The position numbers and the translations under genes are program-made. Source: the human T2T-CHM13v2.0 reference genome, Homo sapiens. Taken from it: a stretch of 64,000 nucleotides of DNA. The notes below the pieces were generated by a model. It was not told where the DNA came from and ran no database searches. It worked only from the letters and a program-made list of their open reading frames with translations. The stretch is taken from NCBI RefSeq assembly GCF_009914755.1, contig NC_060927.1. One strand, 5' to 3'. Shown one piece after another: positions 27,111-40,819 of the stretch (within the stretch, counting starts at the first letter, position 1; each line of letters opens with the position of its first letter).

Positions 27111-28455
27111 TCTTTTATGTTTTCTAAATTATCTTAGGGCAACGTTTTTGACTTTATTTTGGTCTTTTGTGTATGTGTGGCTCTTTTTACATGCCTGTTG
27201 ACCCTCATTGCCTATTTATATTTAAGTCTGAAACCATGGGCTGATTGGTCTAGGTAGGTTCATGTGGCTCTCTGCTGCATTGCATAAAAAGGTATGTTCC
27301 CCAGTGGGTCCCTTGGAGTAGAAAGTCACTGGAGAGTCTGGGTATTACTGGGGCTGGTCATGTCCCTGGCAGAGTTTGCTGTAAAGTGAGAGAGAAGGTT
27401 TTCAGCATTCTAATGAGAGGGAATTTCATTTGAGACACTAACACTCACAGAAGTTTGACTTTGCTTATCTTTAAATCAGAGGCTTGTTTTTTCTGCCTGC
27501 AGGAAAACATGAGTGCTTCTGCTCACTCACATGGGAGCAGAAGAAGGGAGAGGAGGTGCTGGCTAGTGAGGTTGTTCCTTGTGTGGACCTTTAACTCATC
27601 CCTCTGATTTGTTTTCGGTGGCATTTCTGCTCTTTCTGGTTCTGGTGAAAAGCCCCCTCAGTACGTATTCTGCACTGTTTGCCTTGCTTTATTTTATTCT
27701 TCAAAATACTCCTTTTTTTCACTCTTTAAGAAATTATTGAAACTTTTTTTGAAGACTCAGCATAGATTATTTTCAGTGTTGTAGATTCATCTATATTTTG
27801 TTTTTTGGACTTCCGCGCCATCTTTTATAGGATTCTAAAAGGGAGGGAAAGCATGCATGTGCTTAGTCTACCGCAAACCTCCTGAGTCTCTTTCAATAAT
27901 TATTATTAATATTATAGTACCTAAACCAATATTTCCCTATTTCTACCTTTATTTACAGAATGTGCTCAATTTTCTCATTTCAGGCTGTGCCTTAGTTCAT
28001 AAAGCCATCTCATTTCATTGCTCTGGGACCCTGTTCCACCTAGTATCCTGTCTATTCTCTCTTTCCTTCATCGTATAAATATCTTCTGTTCTCTCCAATT
28101 TTTCTTTTTCATTTTCCTTTAAGTGCCCCCATCTCTAATTTTAACTCTTATCCAACTTATTGAAAATGTACTAGTCACTTTCCTTCCCAGCTTTCCAAAT
28201 TCTCTAAAACTTAGCGTTATCTGACTCCTGGTTTCTCTCCTCTGATACTGCTTTAGGAAAGGCCATTGACCATCTCTGCATCATCAAACTCAATGGACAA
28301 ATTTAAATACTGTTTGTGACTCTGTTAATTACACCTGGGCTTCTAAGCAAACATGTTTTCTACCAGTGTTTATCCTTCCTCTCTTAATTTTTTTTTCAAA
28401 GTTGTTTCTCAGACTCCTGCTACTACCCTCAAACATTGTTACCCAGAATCTATGA

Positions 28456-28866
<411 letters not shown>

Positions 28867-28894
28867 TGATGCTGATCTTTCAAAATGGCATTTG

Positions 28895-29150
28895 ATAATA
28901 ATATCACTTATATTTATTATTGCTCACCCTGTTCCAGACCCTATGTTAATAATTTCACCTGCATTATCTTATCTAACCTTCACTCTAATCCCATATTATC
29001 ATCTTCATTTTACAAAAGGGAACACTGACACTTAGTAAGCCTCAATAACTTGCTCAAGTCACATCAATGAAGAGGGAAGACATGTTATACCAAGGAGTTG
29101 TACGAAGGCTGTCTCATGCTAACATTGTGCTCTTACTCCTTTGACCATGC
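28895..29150 (-). mobile_element. MIR
   Basis: CATTTTACAAAAGGGAACACTGAC...TAACTTGCTCAAGTCACA. Confidence 0.7.
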
Positions 29151-29647
29151 GGCCTCACAGGCTTACTTCATCTCTTCTATGCAGTTCATAGAGCACAGGT
29201 ACACCTACCTGGCCTTCAGCATTCCTCAATGCCTTAAATAGGCCTTTCTACTTTGCTGTATTTTTTCTTAAAAAGTCACAAGTTTCCTTTTGAGGGCTTC
29301 TTGCAATTCAGTGATTCCACATATTCTTTGGACTTTTCTTACATTTCTTTTTCTCATTAAAGCAAAACAAACACACACACATATACAAAACTATTCTCCT
29401 GGGCAAAAATATATATTCACAACCATATTAAAAGTAAAAGTAATACTTGTCTATAAAAATACCTATGACATTGTGGTTCCAGGCCTGTAAAGGCAGAAAT
29501 TAAAATAGAGGAATTTTTAAGTTAATTCAAATGTACATATTAAGTCCTTCATATTCCATGCTTTAGTGTACAGAAGCATCCTGTGGAAGATTCCTGGAAA
29601 AGAAGATGGAAATTGTGAGAGCCAAGGGCCATTAGAAACAAGAGCCT

Positions 29648-29940
29648 GGCTGGGCATGGTGGCTTACACCCGTAATCCCAGCACTTTGGCAGGCTGAGGC
29701 AGGAGGATTGCATGAGCCCAGGAGCTTCAGATCAGCTGGGGCAACATAGCGAGACCCTGTCTCTACAAAAAATAAAATTAGCCAGGCATGGTGGTGCATG
29801 CCTGTGGTCCCAGCTACTTGGGGGCTGAGGTGGGAAGATCAGTTGAGGCTGCAGGGAGGCGTGATTGTGCCACTACACTCCAGCCTGGGTGACAGAGAGA
29901 GACCCTGTCACAAAAACATAAAATAAAAAAAAAAAAAAAA
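29648..29940 (+). mobile_element. Alu (AluJ) with an internal deletion in the right arm
   Basis: GGAGGATTGCATGAGCCCAGGAG; poly(A); degenerate TSD AACAAGA(G/A)CCT. Confidence 0.93.
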
Positions 29941-30433
29941 GGAAAAGAAACAAGCAACAAGAACCTCCCACCTAACTTTCTCAGAGGCACAGTTCTTTTC
30001 CAACTGCTTCCTGGTATTTGTCCTCTCTGCCCTGTCTGAAGTTGGCAGCATTCCTGTCTTTCAACATAGACTCTCAGATTGTGAACCTTATCTAATGTAT
30101 TTTCAGTTCCCAGATTATATAGGTTCTAAAGTCTCTAGTAATTGATGCTGTTAATGCTAAGGAGCTGTCTGTCTTTGATAACTCCTGCTCACAGTGAAAA
30201 GATCCTCCTGGACTTTTCAGACCAGTTGTAAGCACTTTTTTGTCTCCTCAGTCTCTTCTTTAATCTATGTCTGGAGCAGGTGTGATGGACATGAAGTTGT
30301 GCTACCCAGATCACCCCTAAAGAAGGAAACCACAAAGAGACATAGAATTTGAACAGATAACTGCATTCGATTTATATGTTGTCTTTCTGTTCTGTCCTGG
30401 GCCCTCACCAGGGTCTTTCTTCATTTTATTTGC

Positions 30434-30538
30434 CAGTGCCACAGTTGCATGGCTGTGCACTGTATCACTCCTGGGGATTACCATCTATTTGGACTGCAGA
30501 AACAGAGGAGTCTGTAGAGTTGTACACTGTGCTGGCAC
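30434..30538. mobile_element. MER91-like hAT-Tip100 MITE remnant
   Basis: CAGTGCCACAGTTGCATGGCTGTGCACTG...GAGTTGTACACTGTGCTGGCAC, a degenerate palindrome. Confidence 0.5.
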
Positions 30539-32313
30539 CTCACAGGTCTGCCCTGATCAAGAAGCTTGATGCTAGTGCATAATTAAGAAGTGAAGAAAAA
30601 AGTGATGGCCACAATTATGCTACAAACAATGCTGTAAAGTTGTTTTTTTCAGGGAATATGAATTATTTTAAGTGAGCATGTAAGGCTGTCATTTTGACAA
30701 TAGCTTTATTAGATGTACATGGATGAAATAATAGCAGTAGTAAGTGAAATATTTTAACTTAGAAACTCTGACTATTATTCTTTGAAATACCTTTTCATAT
30801 TAAAAAAAATAAACTAGTGTTTTCACATTTTCAAGTTGAAGAACACTGTGGATGAAGCAACAGTAATCATCAGAGCATTATCCCATGAATCAGAATGGAG
30901 AATGAGTTTCCATTTCTTTGAAGACCGTGCTGTGTTTCAGTGAAAATAGTTTTAGGTCTATAACTTTATCGCAGATCCCATGATAACCAGGACCCATGAT
31001 TATTCATTCATAAATGTATTTATTTTAAAAATTATTAGACACTGATAAGAGACTAAGAATGATCTATGAGTTACTGAAACCAATTGGAAAACTACTTATT
31101 AAGATCTAAGTCTTTGAGAATGTGCGATACATATTTTCAATACATATTTAAAGATGTGCTGTTTAGAATACAAAAAAAGTTCTGTTGATAGGAGAGCAAC
31201 ATAGAGTTCAGAATAAGAAAATGTCTATGACTGAAAAAATAACCAGGCATCAACTTACCTATAACTTATTCCAGTTTCCTTTCAAAAGAAGGGCTATGCA
31301 GTCAAGACACCGAAGATTATCATCAAGCCTTTGGGCACTTTCTTGCTGCATCACCTCGCTGACCATTCCAGAGATGTCTTTAATCACTTGTTCTCAATCC
31401 AGCCACTATCTCATTGAGAATTCTCAAAGTAATATTTTACAGAGAAGTACAAAAGAAGAACCAAAAGCTTTGATTAACGAAATCATTTTTGTAAGAGTTA
31501 AACATCCCCCACCCCGACAAACAACTTCTTTGTAAAGGATTTGTCCTTAAGATTTTAAAATGTAAACATAGATTAAGGCCAAAGATAGAAATTGTTCAAT
31601 GTCATGAACACAATGTTAAAGCAGACCTTTGAAACCGGATTTTCCAGCTACCAGTTAATATTTTAGAATTATTACCATATTTGAATTATTACAATATGAT
31701 GGCATTTCCTTATTTGGGCTTTGGCATCTGACACTAAGCACAGTTGCATAGTAGGTCTCAGGAAACAGATCCTCTGCTAGTAGAGATTGACTCATTACAA
31801 ACCAGATTGATTTCTAATTCCTTCAAAGCAGTCTATAATCTTAATTTTTCATCATTCATATCACATTGTCATAACTGCCACATTTCAAAGAAAAGTGATT
31901 TGAATCCCCAGGTTCTAAAAATGGTGGATATGCTCAGAGAAATTAAATCCTCTTGGGGTCTGTTAATTAGCCAGTTCCACTTATCTGAGAAAATGAAATC
32001 TTAAGAAAATCTGATGCTGCTTGGTATTTGGAGTTTGGGAATTTCAGTGTAACTAATGTCATGTTGTGCCAGGATTCACTGTGTGGAACCATGAAGCCAG
32101 AACATAATCAATGCTGTGAAATCACAATACTCAGATTATAGAAAAATAAACTCTCCAATATCTGCCAAGGGAGTCATGAGGCTTCTTAACTGAAAGCCTA
32201 CCTGACTACAGAACCCTTAATGGCAATTAGCTATTTGTCTCTGTTTTTCGATCTCAAAAAAATTTAAAAGTAGTCTCTGTCCCCATTTTGCGGAGGGGGT
32301 TTCCATTCAGAGG

Positions 32314-32689
32314 TGTGATGGACATGAAGTTGTGCTACCCAGATCGCCCCTAAAGAAGGAACTTTCTGCCCCAGCAGACAGCCTCCAGTTGTCAACTTTG
32401 GTAGGGTTTGACCCATCTGCAGAGAGCCACATTCCCTAGCACTCACTTTTTTTTTCAGGCAGAGTACCTGATTAAGGCAGAGGTATAGAGGCCCAGCCAT
32501 CTCAGCCCAATGTGAGTCGTGTCTGATGGGCTATATGCATTCCTGCACTCTCTATGGGGAGTTCTCTCTCTGCCATCCTGCTTCCTGACCTTCACTTCCA
32601 AAGATGTCAACTCCTAATAATAATAGTAAGCCCCTATCTTTACCAGACTTTGTCTCAGTCTTTGCTTCTAGACAACTAGGCCTTTGACA
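32314..32689 (+). mobile_element. LTR16-family (ERVL) solo LTR
   Basis: TGTG start, CCCAGATCGCCCCT, CAGACAGCCTCCAG, GGTATAGAGGCCCAGCCATCT; ends GACA. Confidence 0.75.
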
Positions 32690-34729
32690 AAAGATAAAAT
32701 GACACAGATTTAGACATACACTATCTTGTGTTTGAGGAAATTCTGAAAAACACAGTCATATACAATTCAGCATGAAGATACTAGCAAACACAAAAAAAGA
32801 TTTATTTAGTGCAGTTGGGCTAAAAATTGCATGTCTGTTGTTTAATTTTTCATCAGCTCCTCAGTCAAAGCCCACAGGCAAATCCCACACTGTTGACGCG
32901 TTTCTAGCTTTCTGGTAGCGCCTTCTCTTTTACTACAAAAATTGCCAACTTAAACAACAATGTTTCTAAGGGAATTGGATTAAAAGGAACTAAGGCAGCT
33001 GAAAAAATATTGCTATATAGAAGCCTTGGAAGAAATACACAAAATTCTAAGAATGTGAAAAGGATTACAGAAAAACACTTTCATTAAATTCGGCAAAATA
33101 TAAGCCATTTTAATGTAAATGATCTATTGAGGATTATAGATCTTTGTGGTAAACAATTCAATGAAATTATTGTTTAATTAGTGCCTATAACGTATATGGC
33201 CTGCTGTACAGTGTAGTAAGAATTACAATAAAGTGAGAGCAGGAGATTCCTCTCTTCTGATAAAGGATGAAATATGAAAATATGTTAAGTGCATTTCAAA
33301 TGTTGGGGATGGGGAGACAGGGAGAGAAAGAATATGCGTCTGAGGAAAAACAAAGCTTCCTGGTATCTGAGAAAGGTTATTAAAAATGAGTAATATCCTG
33401 CCAGGTAGGATTGAAGGGGTATGAAATCCCAGTTAAGGAAACAGCACGAAGGATGGAGAAGAAACTGTGTGTTTTGTTTGACTTCCACTGGTCTCAGTGT
33501 CTCACCCATGAAGGGAAGTAGTTGCAGAGAAATGGGGCATTTCAGACTGTGTTTTTGAAAGCCACTTAGCCCATTAAATAGTTCTTCTGGGTTAACTTGC
33601 TTGAGGGAAGTTCTTGGAAAAAAGACCTATTATCTATTAGTACATATTTGAGCTCCTTGCAAATGTGCACAGTTTAGAAAGACTTGTTTTCTGTTTCTTT
33701 TTAAAATTCAGGTCTGTGCTTGTTCTTTCACATAAAAACGTCTGAGTACACTGTCACCGCACACATGCGCCAAGTCCAATTAAATGTTAGGGCTCAGATG
33801 CCGGTATTCTGTACACGTGTTCATCACTGCCTAACAGTAGTTGTGCAATAGTAAGTGAGTGGGTAGGATGAAGAATTGTGATAATATCTTTTACGGGTTT
33901 CATCTGAAGGTTTTGGAAGCTTCTTGGCTGAATTTTATTTTTGTGAAGGGGAATGTGAGCAGATGGTAGATGTTGTCAGTGATTTAACTTTGAAATAAAA
34001 GTGTCCAACTACCTCCTCTTTCCAGCTTCTAGATTACATTAAAGATACACAACAACTATGTATCTTTGTGAAAGTGTGTAATCTTAGCAATTACAAAAGT
34101 AAATGAGATGTTGAGATTGACATGATTGTAAATGTCACTCATAATGTTGCTCTAATTTTCTACTTATGTTTATTAAAGCTGGCTCATTGTTCTTATTTAG
34201 TGATGTTGAAATTTTAAAAAGTTAAAAATTTGGATATATAATATATAATACCTTTGTACTAGAAAAATAGCAATTTTGGGTATTTTAAATATGTATGATA
34301 TTACCTGAAAAAGAATACATTTAACAGTTTGGAAACTTCCAAAACTGAGATACCTTCCAAAGAAGTAATTTAATGATCTCTTCTAATTTCAAAGAATTTC
34401 CTATGCCCTGATGTTTATTTGCAAGAAGTAAATGGATGAGAAAGAGTATCCATGACTATTTTTCAGGAAATAAAAATAGTAGAGCAAAATACCTTTTGTT
34501 TTCACCACAAATTTTCAGTAACAAAAAAATAAGCCAAACAAAAACTGCAATTAACATGACTATGAAGAAATATTAGTGAACATCTACTATATGTCAAGAA
34601 CAATAATTGACACATAGTAGTTACTCATATTTGTTGAATGAATGAGAGTTTTTGGATATTAATTCCTAGTGAGAATGTAAAGAAACAGCCACATACATAA
34701 CAATCAGGGTTTTAGAGCTAGTTTATTTA

Positions 34730-35029
34730 AGCTGAGTGCAGTGTCTCATACCTGTAATCTCAACACTCTAAGAAGCTGAGGCAGGAGGATCGTTTGAGCC
34801 CAGGAGTTTGAGACCAATCTGCGCAAAAAAAAATGGGATACCGTTTCTACAAAAAAATAAAAAAATCAGCCAACCGCGGTGCACTCCTGTGGTCTCAGCT
34901 ACATGGGATGCTGAGGCAGGAGGATCCCTTGAACCCCGTAGTTCAAGGCTGCAGTGAGCTGTTTTTGCGCCTCTGCACTGCAGGCTGAGTGGCGGAGTAA
35001 GACCCTGTCTCAAAAACAAAAACAAAAAA
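34730..35029 (+). mobile_element. Alu (AluJ, diverged)
   Basis: GAGGATCGTTTGAGCCCAGGAGTTTGAG; A-rich tail; TSD core AGTTTATT(T/C)AA. Confidence 0.92.
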
Positions 35030-35821
35030 GAGAGAGTTTATTCAACTAAAAACGAGCAAAAATATGAATCAGTATAGTTTTCAAAATATTTAAACATGAA
35101 ATCTGAAAGTTATAACACTGAGTTCAACAAAAACTTGAAATTCTTAAGATGTCCAAAATAAAGCTTTACATCTAAAGAGAAGTTTTGAATAGTGATTTTG
35201 TTATGTATCTAGTATTTGGGCCAAAAATAGTAACATATGTTAAAATTACAAACAACAACAACAAAAAATATATTTCAGAGCAGAGTTGAGGAAAAGGTAA
35301 GATGTAAAGCAATTGAGAAATAAGGAGATAATTCAATGTGATTACTAGCATCTTAGTATAACGTAAACAGTAATTTCTAAGAGCTCTGTTGGAAAAAAAT
35401 GTATAGCAGAATTGATTACAAGGAAATATCTATAAGAAAATTGAAGTTATGGAAATTGATTTTTAAAACATCAATTTAACCTTTCCAAGAAAAATAATGA
35501 AAGATAAACAATAGGGCACTGATGGAGGATAAAGGGAAAAAAAATCTATCACATCTTCAATACTTAATCGTAGAGCTTGTAAATCATAAAGGTGTAAGCC
35601 CAAAATTCATCTGTCTTGCTTTTCACAATTTAAGTAGCTTTGTTCCCATTTTACAGACAAGATCATTAAAGTCTAAAGAGATTTCTGAGTGAAAAAAAGC
35701 TAGTGCAGTTTTTCAATGTAGTAATTTTTACTTCTACCTCTAATTTGAATTTTATTTAAAAATTTGTTATCAAAATATAATTGTGAGGAGCCATTAAAAA
35801 AATCAGGAGACACTTTAGGGG

Positions 35822-35846
35822 TCTATCAGATATCTCTATCTATATC

Positions 35847-35892
<46 letters not shown>

Positions 35893-35910
35893 ATTTCTAT
35901 CTATCTATCT
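35822..35910. repeat. (TATC/GATA)n tetranucleotide STR
   Basis: About 11 uninterrupted TATC units at 35849-35892 with imperfect flanks. Confidence 0.95.
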
Positions 35911-36411
35911 GGAGATTGTTTGCTTAATATTTTTTTCAGCTCTTCTAAACACATTTAGCTTAATGTTATAAAATACCGTAATATGTTCCTGGTGGTTATC
36001 TGTCATTTTATAGAAGTGGGATGCTCTAGACTATTCACTGCATCTTTCTGTGACCCCTCCCTGTCCTTTTAGGAGTCTCCTGCAATGCCTGTACCCTCAC
36101 ATAGTATGTGGTGTTAGTGGCAGTTGGTGTCAGCCTCCCACTGGACAGCCCATGTGTGAGACCTCCCTCACCCTCTAGCCTACTCTTAAACTCAGGACTC
36201 CCACAGTTAATCAAGAAATTTTCTTTAGGTTATCCAGGGTCATTTTCTGATGCTTGCAGTCAAGAACATTGAAAAATCACAATATTTATTTGTAGAAAAG
36301 ATAATGATCATCTTTTCAAAATAATACTAACCCTTTAGACCTTGAACAGTCTTTAGTGATACTCAAATCAATTCACACATTTTATGAATAAAGAAGCAAA
36401 AGCTTAAAGGG

Positions 36412-36862
36412 TGTTATGGGTTGAATTGTGACCCTATCTCCAAATACAATCACATTCTAAAGTACTAGGATTAGGGCTTTGACATATGAATGTCATAGGA
36501 AATTCAAAAATAATTTATTCATATGTTGAAGTTCTGACCCTAGTACTTCAGAATGTGACTGTATTTGGAGATAGAGCCTTTAAAGAAATAACCAAGGTAA
36601 AATGGGGTCGTTAGGCTGAGACCTCATGTGATTGATGTCCTTGTAAGAAGAGATTAGTACACATACACAGACAGGCGACCGTGTGAACACACAGAGTGAA
36701 GGCAGCCATATGCATACCTAGTATGGAGGCCTCAGAAGAAACCAGCCCTGCTGACGCCTTGATCTCAGACTTCCAGACCCCAGAATTGTGAGAAGATAAA
36801 TTCTGTTGTTTAAGCCATCTAGTCCGTGGTAATTTGTTGGGCAGCCATAACAAACTAATACT
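36412..36862 (+). mobile_element. MLT1B-like MaLR LTR containing an inverted duplication, inserted in a MIR
   Basis: TGTTATGGGTTGAATTGTG start; CAGAATGTGACTGTATTTGGAGATAG; GACTTCCAG..CCAGAATTGTGAG; AAACTAATAC end. Confidence 0.88.
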
Positions 36863-38059
36863 AAAGTTGCTTGGCCACTTTAGTGGCCACTGTTGCTTGG
36901 CCACTGTTAGTCATGGGAAACTAGGACAGAAATCCAAATCTAAGAAACCCCAGTCTAGTGCTTATGCTGATTCATACATGCAGCAGTAAACCCGGGGCAT
37001 GTATATTATGAGAATCACAGATATTATTCCAAGCAGTCCTGTAGCTAATGATGTGACTGAGTAGCATGTCATTTAAAGTTTCCAATTATGTTTACCAATC
37101 TGTAAAAATGGCTCTGAGATGGAATACAGGAATATGACGATCCACATACTAATATTCACACAAAAAACGGCTTCCGATTTTCAAACTCCCAAGTCATATG
37201 ACTTCCAAAACAATCTATTAAATTTGGATAGAGACTTGTTTTTCAAGACCCACATTCTGGAGTATGATTCAGTGTGTCTTAAGAAAAGACCACACTCAAC
37301 TGTGATTTCAGAAATAAATTACATTCTAAGCTTCTACCAGACAGCTTTATAGCTTCTGCCAAAGTCCATAATCAATCATTTTCTTAACTCATTTTGTAAC
37401 TTAAATGCTGTTAAGCTACCAAAGGAATAATGCTAAATACAAATACACAAAAAAGAAAGAAAATGCAGCCTCTCCTTAATTCAGTGGAAAAGGGAGGGTG
37501 AGTAAAAGCTTCTCTGGGAGAATGAATTGATTCAATTAACTGTCTTAGTTAAATTAATCCCATTAGAGAGCCAAACACCATCCACTGGTCTGGAAAAAGT
37601 AACTTACTAAATGGTACTCTGGTCTCCTAGCAATTAATATAATATAGGTAGATAAACACACATACCCTAGAGTGTTTATTCATTGTAGCTCAAAGAAAAC
37701 AATCAAAATATTCTTATTTTCTGTTCTGTCCTTGAAAGAAGTCCAGTATCTAGACTATTATTGTTGGATGAATCACACTCAGAATTTTATAAAAAGAAAT
37801 TTCCCTTAAAGCTACCTTCAAAATAACCTCATTCAGTTTCTTACTAAGTACCTTTCCCAAACTTTTATTATATAATACTTCAGAAAAACAGGAACTCTTA
37901 AATAAAAAAAAAAATAAGACTTTTTTTTGATGGATTAAGTGAGAGATAGAAAGGAGGCCAAAGAATGTCTTGAAAATTTCAGCAAGAATTTTGAATTAAT
38001 GAACAGTAGACAATAGTTTCTTAGAAAATTAAAATGAGTGATATGTCCTAATGTAAATA

Positions 38060-39247
38060 TGTAGTCTCCTTAGGAATTAAAATTTAAAAAGCAAGACCAT
38101 TTAAAGTAGCATCAGAAATATAGAATAGGACTAAATCAGACAAAAATCTGTACATTTAAAACTACATTGCTTGAAGAAATGAAAGAAAATACACTAAGAA
38201 AAATTCTTTGAGGTAGAGATGCAGTGAGAGTTTTTGTTGTTGTTTATAGGTTGCAAGACTCAATAGTATTACAATGTCAGTTTTCCCAAAATTGATGAAT
38301 AAAGTGACTGCAATCTCAATCAAAATACCAATAAACCTTTTTGTGGAAATTGCCAAGCTGATTCTAAATTTCAAACAAAAATGCAAAGACATAGAATAGC
38401 TAAAAAAAGAAGTTGGAGGGCTAAAACTACCTGGTTTCAAAACTAATTATAAACGTCTCTGTATATAAACATGTAACAGTGTGTCATTTGTGTCAAGATA
38501 GACAAATAGACCAAAGGAAAAGAGGAGAGTGCAGAAATGGAACCACAAATATATGAACAGTAATTTTTTGACAAAAGCTTAAAGGCAGTTCAGTAAAGAA
38601 AGCATAACGTTTTCAACAAATAATGGTAGAACAATTAGATATTGATATGTAAAAAAGTTTATTTCTATCTTGTTTAATGTATAAACAAGTAACTTAAAGT
38701 AGATAATAAACCTAACTGTAAGACTGAAACCTATAAAACTTTATAAAAATTTTGTGACTTTGGGTTAGGCAGTGATTCCCTAGTTTTGATATCAAAAGCA
38801 CCATCCAAAAAAGAAAACAAATGGATTAATTGTACTTCATCAAAATGGAAAATGTCTGCTATTCAAAAGATACTGAAAGGAGAATGAAAAGATGAGCCAC
38901 ACACAAAAATATTTGCAAAGCATGTATTGGATAAAAGATTTGTATCCAGAATATATCCAGAACTTTCAAAACAATAATAAAACCCAAAAACCAAAGTTTA
39001 AAAGGATACAAAAAGTTGAAAAGACATTTTACAAAGAATATATATGGTTGACAAGTACATGACAAGATGTTCAACATCATTTGATAGTAGGGAAATGCCA
39101 AAAAAAAAGCCACAATAAGATACCACTAAACATCCATAAAAATTGCTAAAATTAGAAAGACTGACCATATCAAGTATTGGTAAGGATATGGGTGAACTGA
39201 ACTCTTATACACTGAAGTTGAGTATGTAAAGGGGTACAACCACTTTA
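38060..39247 (+). mobile_element. Old L1M ORF2 3' fragment
   Basis: Degraded L1 ORF2 motifs (CAATCTCAATCAAAATACCA, TTTTCAACAAATAATGG, AATATTTGCAAAGCATG, TACAACCACTTT). Confidence 0.85.
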
Positions 39248-39319
39248 CTGGACCAATCAGATTCACATTGAGGTCTCTTTTAAGTTTTTAGCCTTTTTAT
39301 TCCTTCAATATCAAAAAGC

Positions 39320-39399
39320 TATATATATATATATATATATATATGTCTGTGTGTGTATACATATATATATAGAGAGAGAGCAATATATATATGTGAGTG

Positions 39400-39437
<38 letters not shown>
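39320..39437. repeat. Compound (TA)n/(TG)n/(GA)n microsatellite
   Basis: About (TA)12, then two blocks of (TA)n followed by (GA)n. Confidence 0.95.
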
Positions 39438-39464
39438 CAGAGTTCTTCAATCTGAACTAAATTA

Positions 39465-40142
39465 CAGTAGCCTCCCCTCTTCTGCAAGGGATATGTTTCA
39501 AGACCTCAAGTGGATGCCTGACACTGCAGATAGTACCAAGCCTTACAAAAGTACTATGCTTTTTTCTTATATACCAATGACAAAGTCTAACATAAATTAG
39601 GTACTCTAAGAGACTAGTAATAATGAATAATAAAATAGAACAATGATAACAATATACTGTAATAAGAGTTACGTGAATGTGGTTTCTGTCCCAAAATATC
39701 TTATTGTACTGCATTCACCCTTCTTGTGATGATGTGAGATGATAAAATGCCTACATGATGAGATGAAGTGAGGCAAATGGCGCAGGCATTGTGATGTAGC
39801 ATTTGGCTGCTGTTTACTTTCTGATGATACACCAAAAAGAGGATCATCTGTTTCAGGAGACCTTGGAACATCTAGCCATGACAATGTCAATGGCAGGATG
39901 TCAGGAGCAGGTGACGATGATGACTACTGAGCAGGTAGGGTATGCAGCCTGGATACGCTAGACAAAGGGATGAGGCATGTCCTGGGTGGGATGCAATGAG
40001 CCAGCAAGAGATTTTATCACACTACTCAGAACGGGGTGAAACTTAAAACCTACAAATTGTTTATTTCTGGAACTCTCCACTTAGTATTTTCAGACCATGG
40101 TTGACTGTAGGTAACTGAAACTGCACATAAAGGGATCTACTG
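39465..40142. mobile_element. MER44 (C/D-type) TcMar-Tigger DNA transposon
   Basis: CAGTAG...CTACTG terminal inverted repeats flanked by TA on both sides; internal GATGTGAGATGATAAAATGCCTAC motif. Confidence 0.88.
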
Positions 40143-40819
40143 TACCATGTATTATTTTATACTATCAGTAGAATGCAAAATGAGTTAAATTTCTTCAAAC
40201 TTTCTAACACCTTTCTTTTCATTCCCACTTTTTGACCTACAGAAGCCTTATTACTTTATTTTCTGCTTGTTTCACCAGCTCATGACTCCAACATGACTTA
40301 CCTGATTTACATTCAGATAGACAACCCCCCTCCTCCTTGATCACTTTAGTCACTTCTGCTAACTTTGCCATGTTCCTTGTGTCCTTTGTCCTTTTCTACA
40401 CCTCACCTCTTTCGCTTACCTAGCCTTAATCTTAAACCAATCTAATATCTTAAGTCCTTCAGTTCTGGTGTGGAAACCATACCAACTCTATCCACCAGGG
40501 CTGGCCTGCAGTCCACTCTGGCCAACCATGTATATGCTCACCGTAAGCAGTCTCTGCCATCCCTCACTTTGGCAAGTCAAAACCACCCACTAGCAAACTG
40601 TTACATTGTCCTTCACTTTCTCTGGTGACCCTCCATCCTACTTGCTCTGTGAAAGGAGTATCAGCAAAGTTGGGGTGGACTTTAATTCGGGATCAAATAT
40701 TTGAATTGGCATTATCTCGAGTTTCCTGGGCTTTGATCACCGGAAGTACATCTAGGAACTGTGCCAAGGCAAAAAGAAACATGCAGAGGAGCATAAGGAG
40801 CAAGGTGTGATGCTGGGTG

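Noticed and set aside
36866-36910. Short repeated GTTGCTTGGCCACT units, and similar micro-duplications at 4727, 25797, 49940 and 50330
   Set aside because: These are ordinary local slippage duplications with no further structure.
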